Source: Candidatus Babelota bacterium (GTDB lineage Bacteria; Babelota; Babeliae; Babelales; Vermiphilaceae). Taken from it: DNA of 32,000 bases. Below the pieces are notes generated by a model that was given only the letters and a program-made list of their open reading frames with translations, searched no databases and had not been told where the DNA came from. The translations under genes were made by a program, and so were the position numbers. Of the stretch, positions 18,100-28,314 are shown one piece after another (positions within the stretch are counted from its first letter, which is position 1; each line of letters opens with the position of its first letter). The DNA lies in assembly GCA_039809905.1 (NCBI GenBank), contig JBDHVY010000001.1, positions 870,001 to 902,000 of the forward strand, in the 5' to 3' direction.

Positions 18100-19028
18100 T
18101 GAATATGATTTATTGTAAAAAACTAATTGCTGTTTATATTTTCGTTTTTTTTACTCCAGCATTAGTTGGTTATGGATTACCTGGAGTTAATCTCGGCTTT
18201 ACCAATATTCTTGATGGTGGTCCGGTTCGTCCAAATCCTGGTATGTATTGGCAGCAATATTTACAATATTATACTACTCAACGATTTTTAAATGCAGAAG
18301 GAAAGCCTCTTTTAGGCCTTCCTTCTCCTCGTTTTAGATCTCTTTTAACGATTGCGCAATTTGTATATCAAGGTAAGACTGTATGGCCATTGCGGGGAAT
18401 GCCCGGATTTGTGTTAGGTACAACAGCGGTAATGTATTCAAAAATTAACAAAAATGGGTTAGGTATACAAAGCTGCGGCAGTGGTTTTGGTAATTTTGGT
18501 TGTGGTATCTTTACTCAATGGTCAGCGACTATGCATAAAGGGAGAGAGCTTTTTGTGCATCGTCTTGAATTTGATTTTTCGATACCATCAGGGAAAAATA
18601 AATTACCGGAAAAGCAAATAAACCCAAGTAATACCTTTTTTTATTGTGGTCCTCACTGGGCTGCAACATTGTTTCTTTCTCACAAATGGAGTCTATCATG
18701 GCGATTACATTATCTTTGGAATGCACAAAATGAAAAGATAGATTTTCGTGCAGGCGATGCAATGTACGTGAATTATAGTTTGGCGTATGAACTATATCCA
18801 CATTTATTTTTTGGTGCGGTTGGATATGCTTTGGGGCAGTTACATAATAATCGCGCAAATGGTGTAACAATACCTGATAGCAAAGAACGTGTTTTTGGTG
18901 CTGGGCCAGGCATAGCATATTTTATCTCGGAAGATATTGTCTTTTTCAGTTATTTATATCTTGAAGGAGGTGTTCGAAATCGTCCTCAAGGTACAAGTTT
19001 TATTGCGCGTGCTGTTGTTCATTTCTGA
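18099..19028 (+). CDS. outer-membrane beta-barrel-like protein, possibly SphA/Phenol_MetA_deg-type transporter family
   Basis: Signal-like N-terminus; LPGVNLGFTNILDGGPVRPNPGMYWQQYLQYYTTQRFLNAEGKP; C-terminal phenylalanine (RAVVHF). ATG 18099 overlaps the upstream TGA. Confidence 0.65.
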   Translation: MNMIYCKKLIAVYIFVFFTPALVGYGLPGVNLGFTNILDGGPVRPNPGMYWQQYLQYYTTQRFLNAEGKPLLGLPSPRFRSLLTIAQFVYQGKTVWPLRGMPGFVLGTTAVMYSKINKNGLGIQSCGSGFGNFGCGIFTQWSATMHKGRELFVHRLEFDFSIPSGKNKLPEKQINPSNTFFYCGPHWAATLFLSHKWSLSWRLHYLWNAQNEKIDFRAGDAMYVNYSLAYELYPHLFFGAVGYALGQLHNNRANGVTIPDSKERVFGAGPGIAYFISEDIVFFSYLYLEGGVRNRPQGTSFIARAVVHF

Positions 19029-19147
19029 TATACTATTTTATAACCATTTACACTTTAGTTTTTGTTTTGATATTTTTCATATTGTGCATTGTAAAAGCGG
19101 AAATTAAAAAAATAATTCATATTTTTTTATAAAAGAGGGGGTTTCTG

Positions 19148-19786
19148 ATGAAAAAACAAATGTTATTTGTTGGGATATTGATAATAGGAGTGCATAATCT
19201 TTATGGTTCGATTGATTCTGATCGTATAGAACAAAAACTAGCATATGCGGCTCCAAAGGCTTTTGGTAGTTTTATGATGTTTAAAGACCGTATTAATCCG
19301 CAAGGATTAGATGAATGGAATGCGGCTATTGATGAGGGAAAAAATATTGTCATTGTCGCTAACAAAAAAAGTAAAAAAGTGCAAAATTATTCCAGACGTA
19401 TTGATAATGCAAATAATGAACTTATCAACGCAATTAAGCTGGCTTATAATACCATGTTTATGCCATTTACAAACGTTGATGCACTTTCTAATGAGCAAGT
19501 AGTTGCTAATCTTCGACACAAGAAAAAATTTACCGCACTATTTGCTAAAATTAAAGATGATGCTAATCAACTGAAAAAAGAAATTAAAAAAAGTAAGTTA
19601 TCAGAAGGCAATGTTGCTGATGTATTGGCAGTATATATAGCTAATTATGCTGATAATGCGATGAATTCATTGGATTATTGGACATCGGTAAAATCATCTA
19701 AATTTTATATTTCGCCATTAGTTGTAGATCCTGATGAATCTATACGTGGGTGGAAAGTTAAACGAGATGTTATAAAAGAAAGCTAA
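19148..19786 (+). CDS. exported hypothetical protein
   Basis: AGAGGGGG just upstream of ATG; hydrophobic N-terminus MKKQMLFVGILIIGVHNLYGS. Confidence 0.7.
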   Translation: MKKQMLFVGILIIGVHNLYGSIDSDRIEQKLAYAAPKAFGSFMMFKDRINPQGLDEWNAAIDEGKNIVIVANKKSKKVQNYSRRIDNANNELINAIKLAYNTMFMPFTNVDALSNEQVVANLRHKKKFTALFAKIKDDANQLKKEIKKSKLSEGNVADVLAVYIANYADNAMNSLDYWTSVKSSKFYISPLVVDPDESIRGWKVKRDVIKES

Positions 19787-19859
19787 AAAATGAGCGATAT
19801 GATATTATATGAACCAAGTTATTTTCATATATACAGTATAAATTATTAAAGTATCCTGA

Positions 19860-21755
19860 ATGGTTATTCATCGTACTGTGCGTTTATGTTTAGCAATTAT
19901 TTTTTTAATGGGCACTTTTTTTTGTGGTGCCCTTTTTTTTATTATGCATAATCATACAATCGATTTTTCAATTCTTGCTCATTATAACACAGGTAATGCA
20001 TCATTATTGCTTGATGATGAAGGTAATGAATGGGGTAAATTTCAGTTAGATCGGCGTGATCCGATTGATGGGGCACAATTACCTCAACATCTTATTAGCG
20101 CGTTTATTGCGGCAGAAGATTGGGATTTTTTTAAGCATAATGGTATATCCTGGAAAGGTATTATTCGTTCTATCATAGTTAATGTTTATCATGGACGAAA
20201 AGTTCAAGGAGCAAGTACTATTACGCAGCAATTAGTTAAATTATTGTTTTTCGATTCGCGCAAAACATTTACGAGAAAAATAAAAGAACAGCTCTATGCA
20301 ATTCTTGTGGAATTTCAATTAACTAAGGAACAGATTTTACATACCTATCTGAATCATGTTTGTTTTGGTTGTGGAATTTATGGTGTGGAAGCGGCAAGTC
20401 AACGATTTTGGGGTAAGCATGCTCATGAAATTTCTATAGAAGAAGCTGCTACTTTAGCAGGGATTATTCGCTCGCCTGCTCGGTATTGTCCTTTAGTGCA
20501 TCCGCTTTCTGCTCAAAAACGGCGTGATGTTATTTTAGGAAAAATGAAGCATTTAGGATTTATTACTGAAAGTGAATGCGAAGATTTTCTTGCTTGCTCT
20601 GTTGAAATAAAGGATAAGCATGTGGATGTTTTTGCCCCACATGTAAAAGAAATGCTTCGTGCACAGTTGGAAAATATGTTAGGAAAAGCAGCATTATATT
20701 CGGGTTCGTTGGGGATTCAAACAACTATTAATAAAAAGATGCAAGAAATAGCACAAGATATTTTTACTGCCGAAATGATAAAACTACGCAAGGAATTTGG
20801 TAAAGATATTGATGGAGGCATGATTGTTATTGATAGAAAAACAGGAGAGATTAAAGCTTTAGTTGGTGGATTTGATTTTACTGTTTCAAAATTTAATAGA
20901 GTTACACAAGCTTGTAGACAAATAGGATCTACCTTTAAACCATTAATCTATGCATGTGCCATGGAACAAGGTATGACGTTTGCTGATACGGAAATCGATG
21001 AGCCAACCGAATGGTTACAAAATAATACCATCTGGGCACCTAAAAATTACAACAAAAAATTTAATGGCCAAATTACTCTTGCTTATGCACTATCACATTC
21101 AAATAATATTGTGAGTATAAAAACATTTCTCAAAGTTGGTGCGCAAAATGTCATTGCGCTTGCAAAAAAATGTCGTATAAAATCACATTTCCATTCATAT
21201 CCTTCTTTAGCATTGGGATGTATTGATACAACACTTTGTGAAGTCGCTGGAATGTTTAATGTCTTTGCCAATGATGGTATATACGTGGAACCGCATGTAT
21301 TATCGTTAGTAAAAGATCGATGGGGCACGCGCATATACAAAACAGTTCCTGAAGTTGAAAGAGTGCTTCATAGTCGGATTGTAGGGCAAGTAAAAGCAGT
21401 ATTATGTTTGGGACCAGAACGGGTAAAAAGGATGTATGGTCCACAAAATTGGCTTACATCAGAAGTCATGAGTAAAACAGGAACGACTAATGATTCGCGT
21501 ACTTGTTGGTATGTAGGATCAACACCAGATTTGACGGTTGCTATATGCATTGGTTTTGATGATAATCGTCCGATGGGTGAAAATGTATATCCTCTTCGTA
21601 CAGCTCTTCCTATTTGGCTTGCATTTAATCGTGCAGTTGAGGATAGTACACAAAAATTTTCATATGATCCATTACTCAAAAAAATAGTTATTGATGAGCG
21701 TACCGGTTTGCCATCTTCATTAGGCAAACCGGGAGCTATTTCTATTTTAGTTTGA
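19860..21755 (+). CDS. class A penicillin-binding protein (PBP1A-like, transglycosylase/transpeptidase)
   Basis: Glycosyltransferase motifs AAEDWDFFKHNG and QGASTITQQLVK; transpeptidase motifs STFK, SHSNN, KTGTTND. Confidence 0.96.
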   Translation: MVIHRTVRLCLAIIFLMGTFFCGALFFIMHNHTIDFSILAHYNTGNASLLLDDEGNEWGKFQLDRRDPIDGAQLPQHLISAFIAAEDWDFFKHNGISWKGIIRSIIVNVYHGRKVQGASTITQQLVKLLFFDSRKTFTRKIKEQLYAILVEFQLTKEQILHTYLNHVCFGCGIYGVEAASQRFWGKHAHEISIEEAATLAGIIRSPARYCPLVHPLSAQKRRDVILGKMKHLGFITESECEDFLACSVEIKDKHVDVFAPHVKEMLRAQLENMLGKAALYSGSLGIQTTINKKMQEIAQDIFTAEMIKLRKEFGKDIDGGMIVIDRKTGEIKALVGGFDFTVSKFNRVTQACRQIGSTFKPLIYACAMEQGMTFADTEIDEPTEWLQNNTIWAPKNYNKKFNGQITLAYALSHSNNIVSIKTFLKVGAQNVIALAKKCRIKSHFHSYPSLALGCIDTTLCEVAGMFNVFANDGIYVEPHVLSLVKDRWGTRIYKTVPEVERVLHSRIVGQVKAVLCLGPERVKRMYGPQNWLTSEVMSKTGTTNDSRTCWYVGSTPDLTVAICIGFDDNRPMGENVYPLRTALPIWLAFNRAVEDSTQKFSYDPLLKKIVIDERTGLPSSLGKPGAISILV

Positions 21756-21765
21756 AATGTTAATT

Positions 21766-22482
21766 TTACGGTAATGGTATATATTCGTTTGTGGTATTTA
21801 AATAAAGGAATCCTGTTCCATCTGGGTTTAAATAAATTTCAACGTCTTTTGGTATTTCTTGAGAAAAAGGAACAGATTTTTCTTCATTATAATCAAAAGA
21901 CCATATTTGCAAAGGCTTTTTAATAGTATTCATTACGTATTTGACTGCTTCATGTAATGTCCTACAGTAGACTATGTTTTCGGGTGTTTTTTTTGCTATT
22001 GTAATAAATCGAATCAAATTTATAGACTTATAGGTTTTTACGACATCATTCATTCTATTCATTAGTTCATGTATATGTGATCTGTATTCATAATTTGGGC
22101 AACAGCTTAGAGCTGCATACCATGTTTGATCATTGTGTTGAGCTAATATAGCTGCAGTTACATGTCCTTTAAAATCGGTGATAGACAAAATACGCTCTTT
22201 TTTTTGAGGCATAATATACGAACCACCGAATTTTTTTACACATAATTCATTTTCGCGTTGAGCGCGTTGTGCTATCTCCAAATCCTTAAAATGAGGTGTT
22301 TTTTGCTGCATGGATTCCAGATCTTTGGTAATGCATAGATGAAATGTTTTATCGCCTATTGTTGCTTTACCATTGGAGATCATACCGGTTATAGATAGGG
22401 TATTGAGCAGAGAAAAATGATGCATAGATATAGTTGTATTGACCACGAATAAAGAGATACAAAGTAAAATGTTTTTTTTCAT
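21766..22482 (-). CDS. exported hypothetical protein downstream of murG
   Basis: Signal-like MKKNILLCISLFVVNTTISM; 4-nt overlap with the murG stop. Confidence 0.75.
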   Translation of the reverse strand: MKKNILLCISLFVVNTTISMHHFSLLNTLSITGMISNGKATIGDKTFHLCITKDLESMQQKTPHFKDLEIAQRAQRENELCVKKFGGSYIMPQKKERILSITDFKGHVTAAILAQHNDQTWYAALSCCPNYEYRSHIHELMNRMNDVVKTYKSINLIRFITIAKKTPENIVYCRTLHEAVKYVMNTIKKPLQIWSFDYNEEKSVPFSQEIPKDVEIYLNPDGTGFLYLNTTNEYIPLP

Positions 22483-23534
22483 GCTAGAAGTTCTTTATCT
22501 AATGATTTATCTTTGATTGTAAATAATAAATCATTAATTTGTTGAAGTAAAACATTATTATTTTTTACAATAACATTTTGTTTAAGCAGGTAAAATAATT
22601 CTGGATACTCCTTTGTCATAGCCTGGGCATTATCAACTTGATGAGTTGTTGTATTGGTTTCCAATGGAATAATGATACAGGGTTTATTAAAAAATTTTAC
22701 TTCAAATAATGTCCCTGCACCTGCACGACATATAATAAGATCGGCTGCTATATACATGCTTTCTAAGTTTGGCATATAACTAAATACATACGCAGTGATA
22801 TCATGTTTTTTATAAAAATCTTTCCAATTCATAGCATCTAAAGAACCTGTTTGATGAATAATTTGTGTTGTGTGAGGATTAATGAGATTGTTTTCAATCA
22901 ATTCTTTTACGCACATGTTTAAAAATAGTGATCCTTGTGATCCTCCGAATATAACAATTGTTTTTTTTTCTGGTAATAAACCCAACGTAAGCAAAGCTGT
23001 TTGTTTATCTGGTAGATGAGTGATGTTTTGATATTTAACAGGATATGATTCAACGATACATTTGCGCGCAGGAAAATAACCTTGTGAACTTGAAAAACAG
23101 GTGACAATTGTTGTTGCAAGGGGAGCCAAAAATTGTATTGCTTTACCGGGGATTGCATCAAGGGAATAGAGTGTAATGGGAATGCGCAGAATAAAACCTG
23201 CAATGCAGGTGGGAATCGCAACAATGCCTCCCGTCGTAATAATTTTTTCTGGTTTGTGCTTATACAGATAAAAAAAACTAAGCATGAATGAATGCAAAGC
23301 GTTCCACAATGTTTTTAGCAAAGAACCAGCGCGCGAGCTGAGTGAAAGCATTATGTGAGTAGAAACATGAGGATTATTGCCAAGAATTTTTTTATCAAGG
23401 TTGGTGTTGGAAGAAAAGAATAGAATATTAAAACGCTCGTTCTCACGAGCGTAAATATTTTCTGCGATAGTCAAACAAGGTATAATATGTCCACCAGATT
23501 TTCCTGCAACAAAGCAGACTGTTTTTTTGTTCAT
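22479..23534 (-). CDS. murG: UDP-N-acetylglucosamine--N-acetylmuramyl-(pentapeptide) pyrophosphoryl-undecaprenol N-acetylglucosamine transferase
   Basis: VCFVAGKSGGHIIPCLTIAENI, IITTGGIVAIPTCIAG, IVIFGGSQGSLFLN, ADLIICRAGAGTLFEV. Confidence 0.93.
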   Translation of the reverse strand: MNKKTVCFVAGKSGGHIIPCLTIAENIYARENERFNILFFSSNTNLDKKILGNNPHVSTHIMLSLSSRAGSLLKTLWNALHSFMLSFFYLYKHKPEKIITTGGIVAIPTCIAGFILRIPITLYSLDAIPGKAIQFLAPLATTIVTCFSSSQGYFPARKCIVESYPVKYQNITHLPDKQTALLTLGLLPEKKTIVIFGGSQGSLFLNMCVKELIENNLINPHTTQIIHQTGSLDAMNWKDFYKKHDITAYVFSYMPNLESMYIAADLIICRAGAGTLFEVKFFNKPCIIIPLETNTTTHQVDNAQAMTKEYPELFYLLKQNVIVKNNNVLLQQINDLLFTIKDKSLDKELLA

Positions 23535-23587
23535 TTTTTTGTATTCACTATGTAGGTTTATTTTTTTTACGTTGTCAAAATACTTAT

Positions 23588-25231
23588 TTATTTTTGAGCA
23601 AGCAGTAGTTTCATTTTTTCTAAAGCCTTTTTTTCTTTATTATTTTTAACTAATGTTTCAGCTTTTTTAGTGAAAGTATCGGCAAATTCTTTATTATCTA
23701 AAGAATAATGTACTTTTGCCAAGTGTAATAATATGGTGCTGTTGTTATGCGCTGATAGCTTTTCAAGAATGGTATGAGCTTCAGGGTACTTTTTTTCTTT
23801 ATATAAAATAACTGCCTGAGTGTCTAAAAAGTAGGGGTTAGCGCTATCGTATTTCAAAGCTTTCTCAATAAAAGTATGCGCTTTAGCTAAATCTTTTCCT
23901 TTTGTTGCCCAATAATATGCAAGATTATTATTAATATGAGGGCATTCCTGATTTAGTTCATAAGCATGTTCAAGTGTGGTAAGCATTGCTGAATAATTAT
24001 TGTGTTCATAGTGTATCAGTGCTAATTGATACTCAACTTTTGAAGCAAGAATTTTATCCGTGATATGGGGCAAGGCTTTTTCAAGATATGTTTTTGCACT
24101 ATCATGTTGGCCATTACGTAAAGATATATCCGCACAGTACATATTGCACCATGCGTTATCAGGTTGTTTTGCCAAAACAGAGGTGAATATTGCAGCAATC
24201 TGTGTGCTTGGCATGCCATTATGACTCAAAAGCGAGAGGGTTTTTGGCCATATATCGCAACTTGGTTGTTCTATAATCCATTCGCTAAGATTTTCTGCTG
24301 CTTCAGTAAATTTTTTCATGGTAGCTAAAATCTGTATTTTAAATAGTTTGTATTCTTTGTTTTGTGGAGCATGTATTATGCAATCATTAATACATGCTAA
24401 TGCCTGAGGATAACGTTGTTGTTTAAATAGAATAATTGCCTTATCGATATTTGCTGTTTGAGGGACAAGATGTTGTTTGTGTTCATTAACAGAATTATAT
24501 TTGACCGTGAGGTCAAAAAGATGTTTTTCCACAGATCTATTGCTGCCAGAAATTTCTAAAAATGTTGTATATCCAGAAAGTGCTTCTTTGATGTTTCCTT
24601 CTTTTTCATAGAGTGATGCGTATAACAGCCACCCTTTATCAAAATGGGGATGCAACTCTAAACATTTTTTGACATTATCGAGTGCACTTGGCAATTGTTC
24701 TAGTTGCACATAAATGTGAGATTTTAAAAAGTAAAAGATAAAACTGTTTGGTCGGCGTGGGGTATTATTCAGATATCCGTTGATTGTTAATAAAGCATTT
24801 TCAGGTTCTTTTCGTTGCAAGTAAGTTTGTGCTGCAGCCAATACTATATCCGGATGGGTCTTGAATGATTGGCTAAGACTAATAATAAGGCTATCGGCGA
24901 GCTGGGTTTTTTTTATTTTTTGTAATGCGTGAACAAAAATAAGCTGTACATCAGGATCTTGTACAAATTTTTTTTGTAACAAAGGCATTAATGTTACAAT
25001 TTTTTCAAATTGTTTTGTGTCCATTAATAATGTTAAATATCCTTTATAACCATACACACAATTATGAGCAGAAAATAAACTTTTATACCAATCGTTTGCC
25101 TGCGATATATTTCCTGAAAAATGATTGTAGTTTGCCCAAAAATAACGATGAAAATTTGTTTGATTATTTCCGATGATGCTTGTGTTGATAGATATGATAC
25201 AGAACAATGTATAAAAAATTGTCTTCTTCAT
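23588..25231 (-). CDS. exported tetratricopeptide-repeat protein
   Basis: Many TPR-like helical pairs (e.g. AQTYLQRKEPENALLTINGYLNNTP, AVILYKEKKYPEAHTILEKLSAH). Likely start MKKTIFYTLFCIISIN at 25231; the ORF call extends to 25249. Confidence 0.88.
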   Translation of the reverse strand: MKKTIFYTLFCIISINTSIIGNNQTNFHRYFWANYNHFSGNISQANDWYKSLFSAHNCVYGYKGYLTLLMDTKQFEKIVTLMPLLQKKFVQDPDVQLIFVHALQKIKKTQLADSLIISLSQSFKTHPDIVLAAAQTYLQRKEPENALLTINGYLNNTPRRPNSFIFYFLKSHIYVQLEQLPSALDNVKKCLELHPHFDKGWLLYASLYEKEGNIKEALSGYTTFLEISGSNRSVEKHLFDLTVKYNSVNEHKQHLVPQTANIDKAIILFKQQRYPQALACINDCIIHAPQNKEYKLFKIQILATMKKFTEAAENLSEWIIEQPSCDIWPKTLSLLSHNGMPSTQIAAIFTSVLAKQPDNAWCNMYCADISLRNGQHDSAKTYLEKALPHITDKILASKVEYQLALIHYEHNNYSAMLTTLEHAYELNQECPHINNNLAYYWATKGKDLAKAHTFIEKALKYDSANPYFLDTQAVILYKEKKYPEAHTILEKLSAHNNSTILLHLAKVHYSLDNKEFADTFTKKAETLVKNNKEKKALEKMKLLLAQK

Positions 25232-25233
25232 TC

Positions 25234-25659
25234 TCACTCCTGATAGCACCTCATCCGAAATGTTTTAAGAGCTTCTCGTAACACTGGATCGGCTATTTTT
25301 GCAAGTGTACGTTCATCTTGCGTGCTTAACGTAATATTTTTTTTAATAGTAGCTTGTGGGCGAATGATATTTTGTTTGCTTTTTTTTACGCCAACGTGTT
25401 TAAAGCGTATCTCTTTAATATGCGGTTGGTCTAGTTTTTCATTAATTGTTTTAATAAGCAACGGAGATAATATATATAATTCCTGCATCCAACAAGAATG
25501 AATGACACCGAGAATAAGGATGTCATCGTGAATTTTTTCGATACGAACTTTATTGTGTAAAGATCCAATTATATCGTTCCAGCGATACAATAAATCGATT
25601 TTCCAATTCTTTTCGGTATTAATGATTTTGTGTAAAAGGTCTTTTAGGTTTATAGCCAT
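25234..25659 (-). CDS. DUF721/DciA-like protein
   Basis: MAINLKDLLHKIINTEKNWKIDLLYRWNDIIGSLHNKVRIEKIHDDILILGVIHSCWMQELYILSPLLIKTIN matches the DUF721 pattern. ATG 25659 is preferred over 25797. Confidence 0.72.
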   Translation of the reverse strand: MAINLKDLLHKIINTEKNWKIDLLYRWNDIIGSLHNKVRIEKIHDDILILGVIHSCWMQELYILSPLLIKTINEKLDQPHIKEIRFKHVGVKKSKQNIIRPQATIKKNITLSTQDERTLAKIADPVLREALKTFRMRCYQE

Positions 25660-25795
25660 ATCGTTTTTGGTAATAAAGTTAATGTTACTATTATACTTTA
25701 TTATATTGATTTTTCCTAAAAAGCCTCTTATTATAAAGCCGTTTAGTTTTTTCGAATCAATGAATATTACCATTTTATACAAAGGAAAAGCTTTC

Positions 25796-26068
25796 ATGAA
25801 ATCTTATACTAAGATTCTTTTATTGTGCATATTTTCATCTGCAGTGCAGTGTGCTGAGCCACAAAAAAGTCCTCTTTCTGGTAGTAGTGATAGAATTCCT
25901 ATTCCAGCTCGCAAAAAACAGAAAGACTTTGTTAATTTAGATAGGTCTCCTATACTCTGGTCTCCTACCAAGGCATCCCAACCACTTACTCCAGGAATCT
26001 ATTTTTCAGCTATATTTAATCAAAGTTGTTCCCCAAGCCCTGAATTCTATAATAAACAACCCAAGTAA
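25796..26068 (+). CDS. small exported protein
   Basis: MKSYTKILLLCIFSSAVQCAEPQKS signal peptide with plausible cleavage; preceded by AAAGGAAA. The ORF call starts upstream at 25553. Confidence 0.6.
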   Translation: MKSYTKILLLCIFSSAVQCAEPQKSPLSGSSDRIPIPARKKQKDFVNLDRSPILWSPTKASQPLTPGIYFSAIFNQSCSPSPEFYNKQPK

Positions 26069-26072
26069 TGGG

Positions 26073-26828
26073 TTATAACAAAACTTTGATGAGATTTTCC
26101 TGTGTTTGTAAATAAAGGTTGCGCCAGAAAATAAGACAGCTTCCTGGCATAGGTGGTTGTAATTGTGCTTTTTGGAGTGTGGAAATAAGAGAAATGATTT
26201 CTTCAATGTGATTTTGTTGGTATACAGAAAGCCAATAACTTATTATTTGATCAAGTAATTCTAAGCTTTCACGTTCGTTAATTGTTGTTGCATCAATGAT
26301 TTTTGCAAAATCATTGCTTGCAACAATTTTTTTTGTAAAAACTTCAACAAGCGGATGAGTTATTTGAGACGATGGAGATTTTTCTAAAATGTGTAGAGCG
26401 CATCGTGATTTGATAGTCGGTACTATTTGCTCCGGATGCTCTGCGAGCAAAATAAAATGATATCCTGCAGGGGGCTCTTCCATAGGCTTTAATAATTTAT
26501 TAGCGCATGCAGCTGTTAAAAAATCTGCTTTTTGGATGATAAAGAAAAAATGTTTACCTGGTTCTTGCTGATAGGCGAGTGTAGTAAAAAGATCGTCAAG
26601 CTGATCAAGCGTATAATTTTTTTCTGGATGTAGCCACATTATTGCATGATGCTGTTTTTCTCTGATTTGTAAGCAGGAAATACAGGTATTACAACCATCA
26701 TGTAAGCAGAATATTTTTTGCAGCAATTGTTCCGTTGCTTGTAATGTTTGGCTGTTATGACCAATAAAAAGTATAGCAGGCGGTAATGTTGTGCAGGTGT
26801 AATGTAGAGGTGCGTTGTTTTTATTCAT
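26073..26828 (-). CDS. holB: DNA polymerase III delta'-like clamp-loader subunit
   Basis: CLHDGCNTCISC zinc-module-like segment, KPMEEPPAGYHFILLAEHPEQIVPTIKSRC. Walker A is degenerate, as expected for delta'. Confidence 0.8.
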   Translation of the reverse strand: MNKNNAPLHYTCTTLPPAILFIGHNSQTLQATEQLLQKIFCLHDGCNTCISCLQIREKQHHAIMWLHPEKNYTLDQLDDLFTTLAYQQEPGKHFFFIIQKADFLTAACANKLLKPMEEPPAGYHFILLAEHPEQIVPTIKSRCALHILEKSPSSQITHPLVEVFTKKIVASNDFAKIIDATTINERESLELLDQIISYWLSVYQQNHIEEIISLISTLQKAQLQPPMPGSCLIFWRNLYLQTQENLIKVLL

Positions 26829-26837
26829 ATGAGTAAT

Positions 26838-28295
26838 CTAGTATGATGATCTAAAGTCGCTTTTTATTTCAATTGTAGGATTGTTAAGTATTGGATTAAG
26901 GCATTCAGTAATTGTTTTACCTTCCTTAAAAATAATTGCTTTTGTTTTCCATCGGTATGAATCCAGTATAACATATAGTATTCGTAGAGTAGTCATTAAT
27001 CCCGTTAGTGTAGCTATTCCACTGATGACTCCATTCGATAAAAAATATTCTGAAAGAGAATGCAATGATAAGCAATTAGGTATAATAGTTAAAAAAAAGA
27101 GGGTAGCAATGCTAACGACATGAGTAGCTAAAGTACTGGCAAAAGATCTCAACAAAAATTCCAAAGGAATTTCCCAATAACGTGTATTTTCCCAATGAAA
27201 TGGAGAAGTAGTTATTATTTTATAAAATTCATAAGCAAATCCTTTTCCTCTTGCAATAGATAAGATTCCGGGAATTAATGAAACGGGATATAAAAAAACT
27301 GATTGGGCCCATCGATTTTTAAAAGAATAAAATTGTTTGTTTTCCTTAATTGCATTTGTAAAGAAATCATCATAATATTCCAAAGGATGAGAATAAGAGC
27401 TGCCGCGCAACAAATGTATTATTTCATTTATTTTATTAATTGTAATCATGTTAGACTGAAACCTATGATCGGTAGCTGTTAAATCATTGTCTTGACAAGT
27501 TTTTTTTAATTCACGTACGAATTCTTGTGCCGCCAATAAACGATTTTCCTGTGCTAATATTCCGTCTTCATACTCAATGGAAGATTTTTTTGCAAGAGAA
27601 AGAGTATCATAACTATAAAACATGGCAACATGTGATAATGCCAGAAGGCAAAAAAAATGAGGTGAAAAACTCTTTTTTAAGACATATGAAAGAGAAAGTT
27701 CTTTAGGCCGATATTTGACAAGAGTTCCTCGATGATCTTCTATTCTCCATGTCTTTTGACTTCTTTTCCGTATTTTAAATGAATATCTTAATTCATCACT
27801 TGATTTTTCGCATACCTTGGAAAAGTTCATTAAATCTTTCCGATTGGCAGTGGTACCATTGTTATCAAAGAAATAAAGAGCATTATGTACATTGACTACG
27901 GACTTGATATGTGAAAGTTTTATGCCTTCTAAATGGGGTATTTTAAGCATGCATTTTTCATATTCCCACCTATCGTCGTGACTTCCAGGGTTTTTACTAA
28001 TGTCCAGGGTATTATCGTGACGATTTTTAAGTTCGTTCAATAACCATTTTTGTTGTGAGTTTTTTTCTTGTGATACAATCAGATCCTGCTTTTCTTTCTC
28101 AAATTGAGAAAATTTGCTTTTGATCTTAGGAATGTCTGATGCCTCAATTTCCTGTAAAAATAGAGCAATATCATTCGGAGCAGAACTGGCCAAGCAAAAA
28201 GATAGTGGCAATAATAAAATAAAAATAGATACGATATATTTATGCATATGGTATGTTTTCATGCAATATTCATCATTAAATTTTTCGAGTAGCAT
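26838..28295 (-). CDS. exported/membrane hypothetical protein
   Basis: Signal-like YIVSIFILLLPLSFCLASS; several C-terminal TM segments. Confidence 0.75.
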   Translation of the reverse strand: MLLEKFNDEYCMKTYHMHKYIVSIFILLLPLSFCLASSAPNDIALFLQEIEASDIPKIKSKFSQFEKEKQDLIVSQEKNSQQKWLLNELKNRHDNTLDISKNPGSHDDRWEYEKCMLKIPHLEGIKLSHIKSVVNVHNALYFFDNNGTTANRKDLMNFSKVCEKSSDELRYSFKIRKRSQKTWRIEDHRGTLVKYRPKELSLSYVLKKSFSPHFFCLLALSHVAMFYSYDTLSLAKKSSIEYEDGILAQENRLLAAQEFVRELKKTCQDNDLTATDHRFQSNMITINKINEIIHLLRGSSYSHPLEYYDDFFTNAIKENKQFYSFKNRWAQSVFLYPVSLIPGILSIARGKGFAYEFYKIITTSPFHWENTRYWEIPLEFLLRSFASTLATHVVSIATLFFLTIIPNCLSLHSLSEYFLSNGVISGIATLTGLMTTLRILYVILDSYRWKTKAIIFKEGKTITECLNPILNNPTIEIKSDFRSSY

Positions 28296-28314
28296 TTAAT
28301 TGTAATAGTTATTC

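Noticed and set aside
25553-25795. N-terminal extension of the 25553-26068 plus-strand ORF
   Set aside because: It is antisense to the DUF721-like gene. The internal ATG at 25796 has a convincing signal peptide and ribosome binding site.
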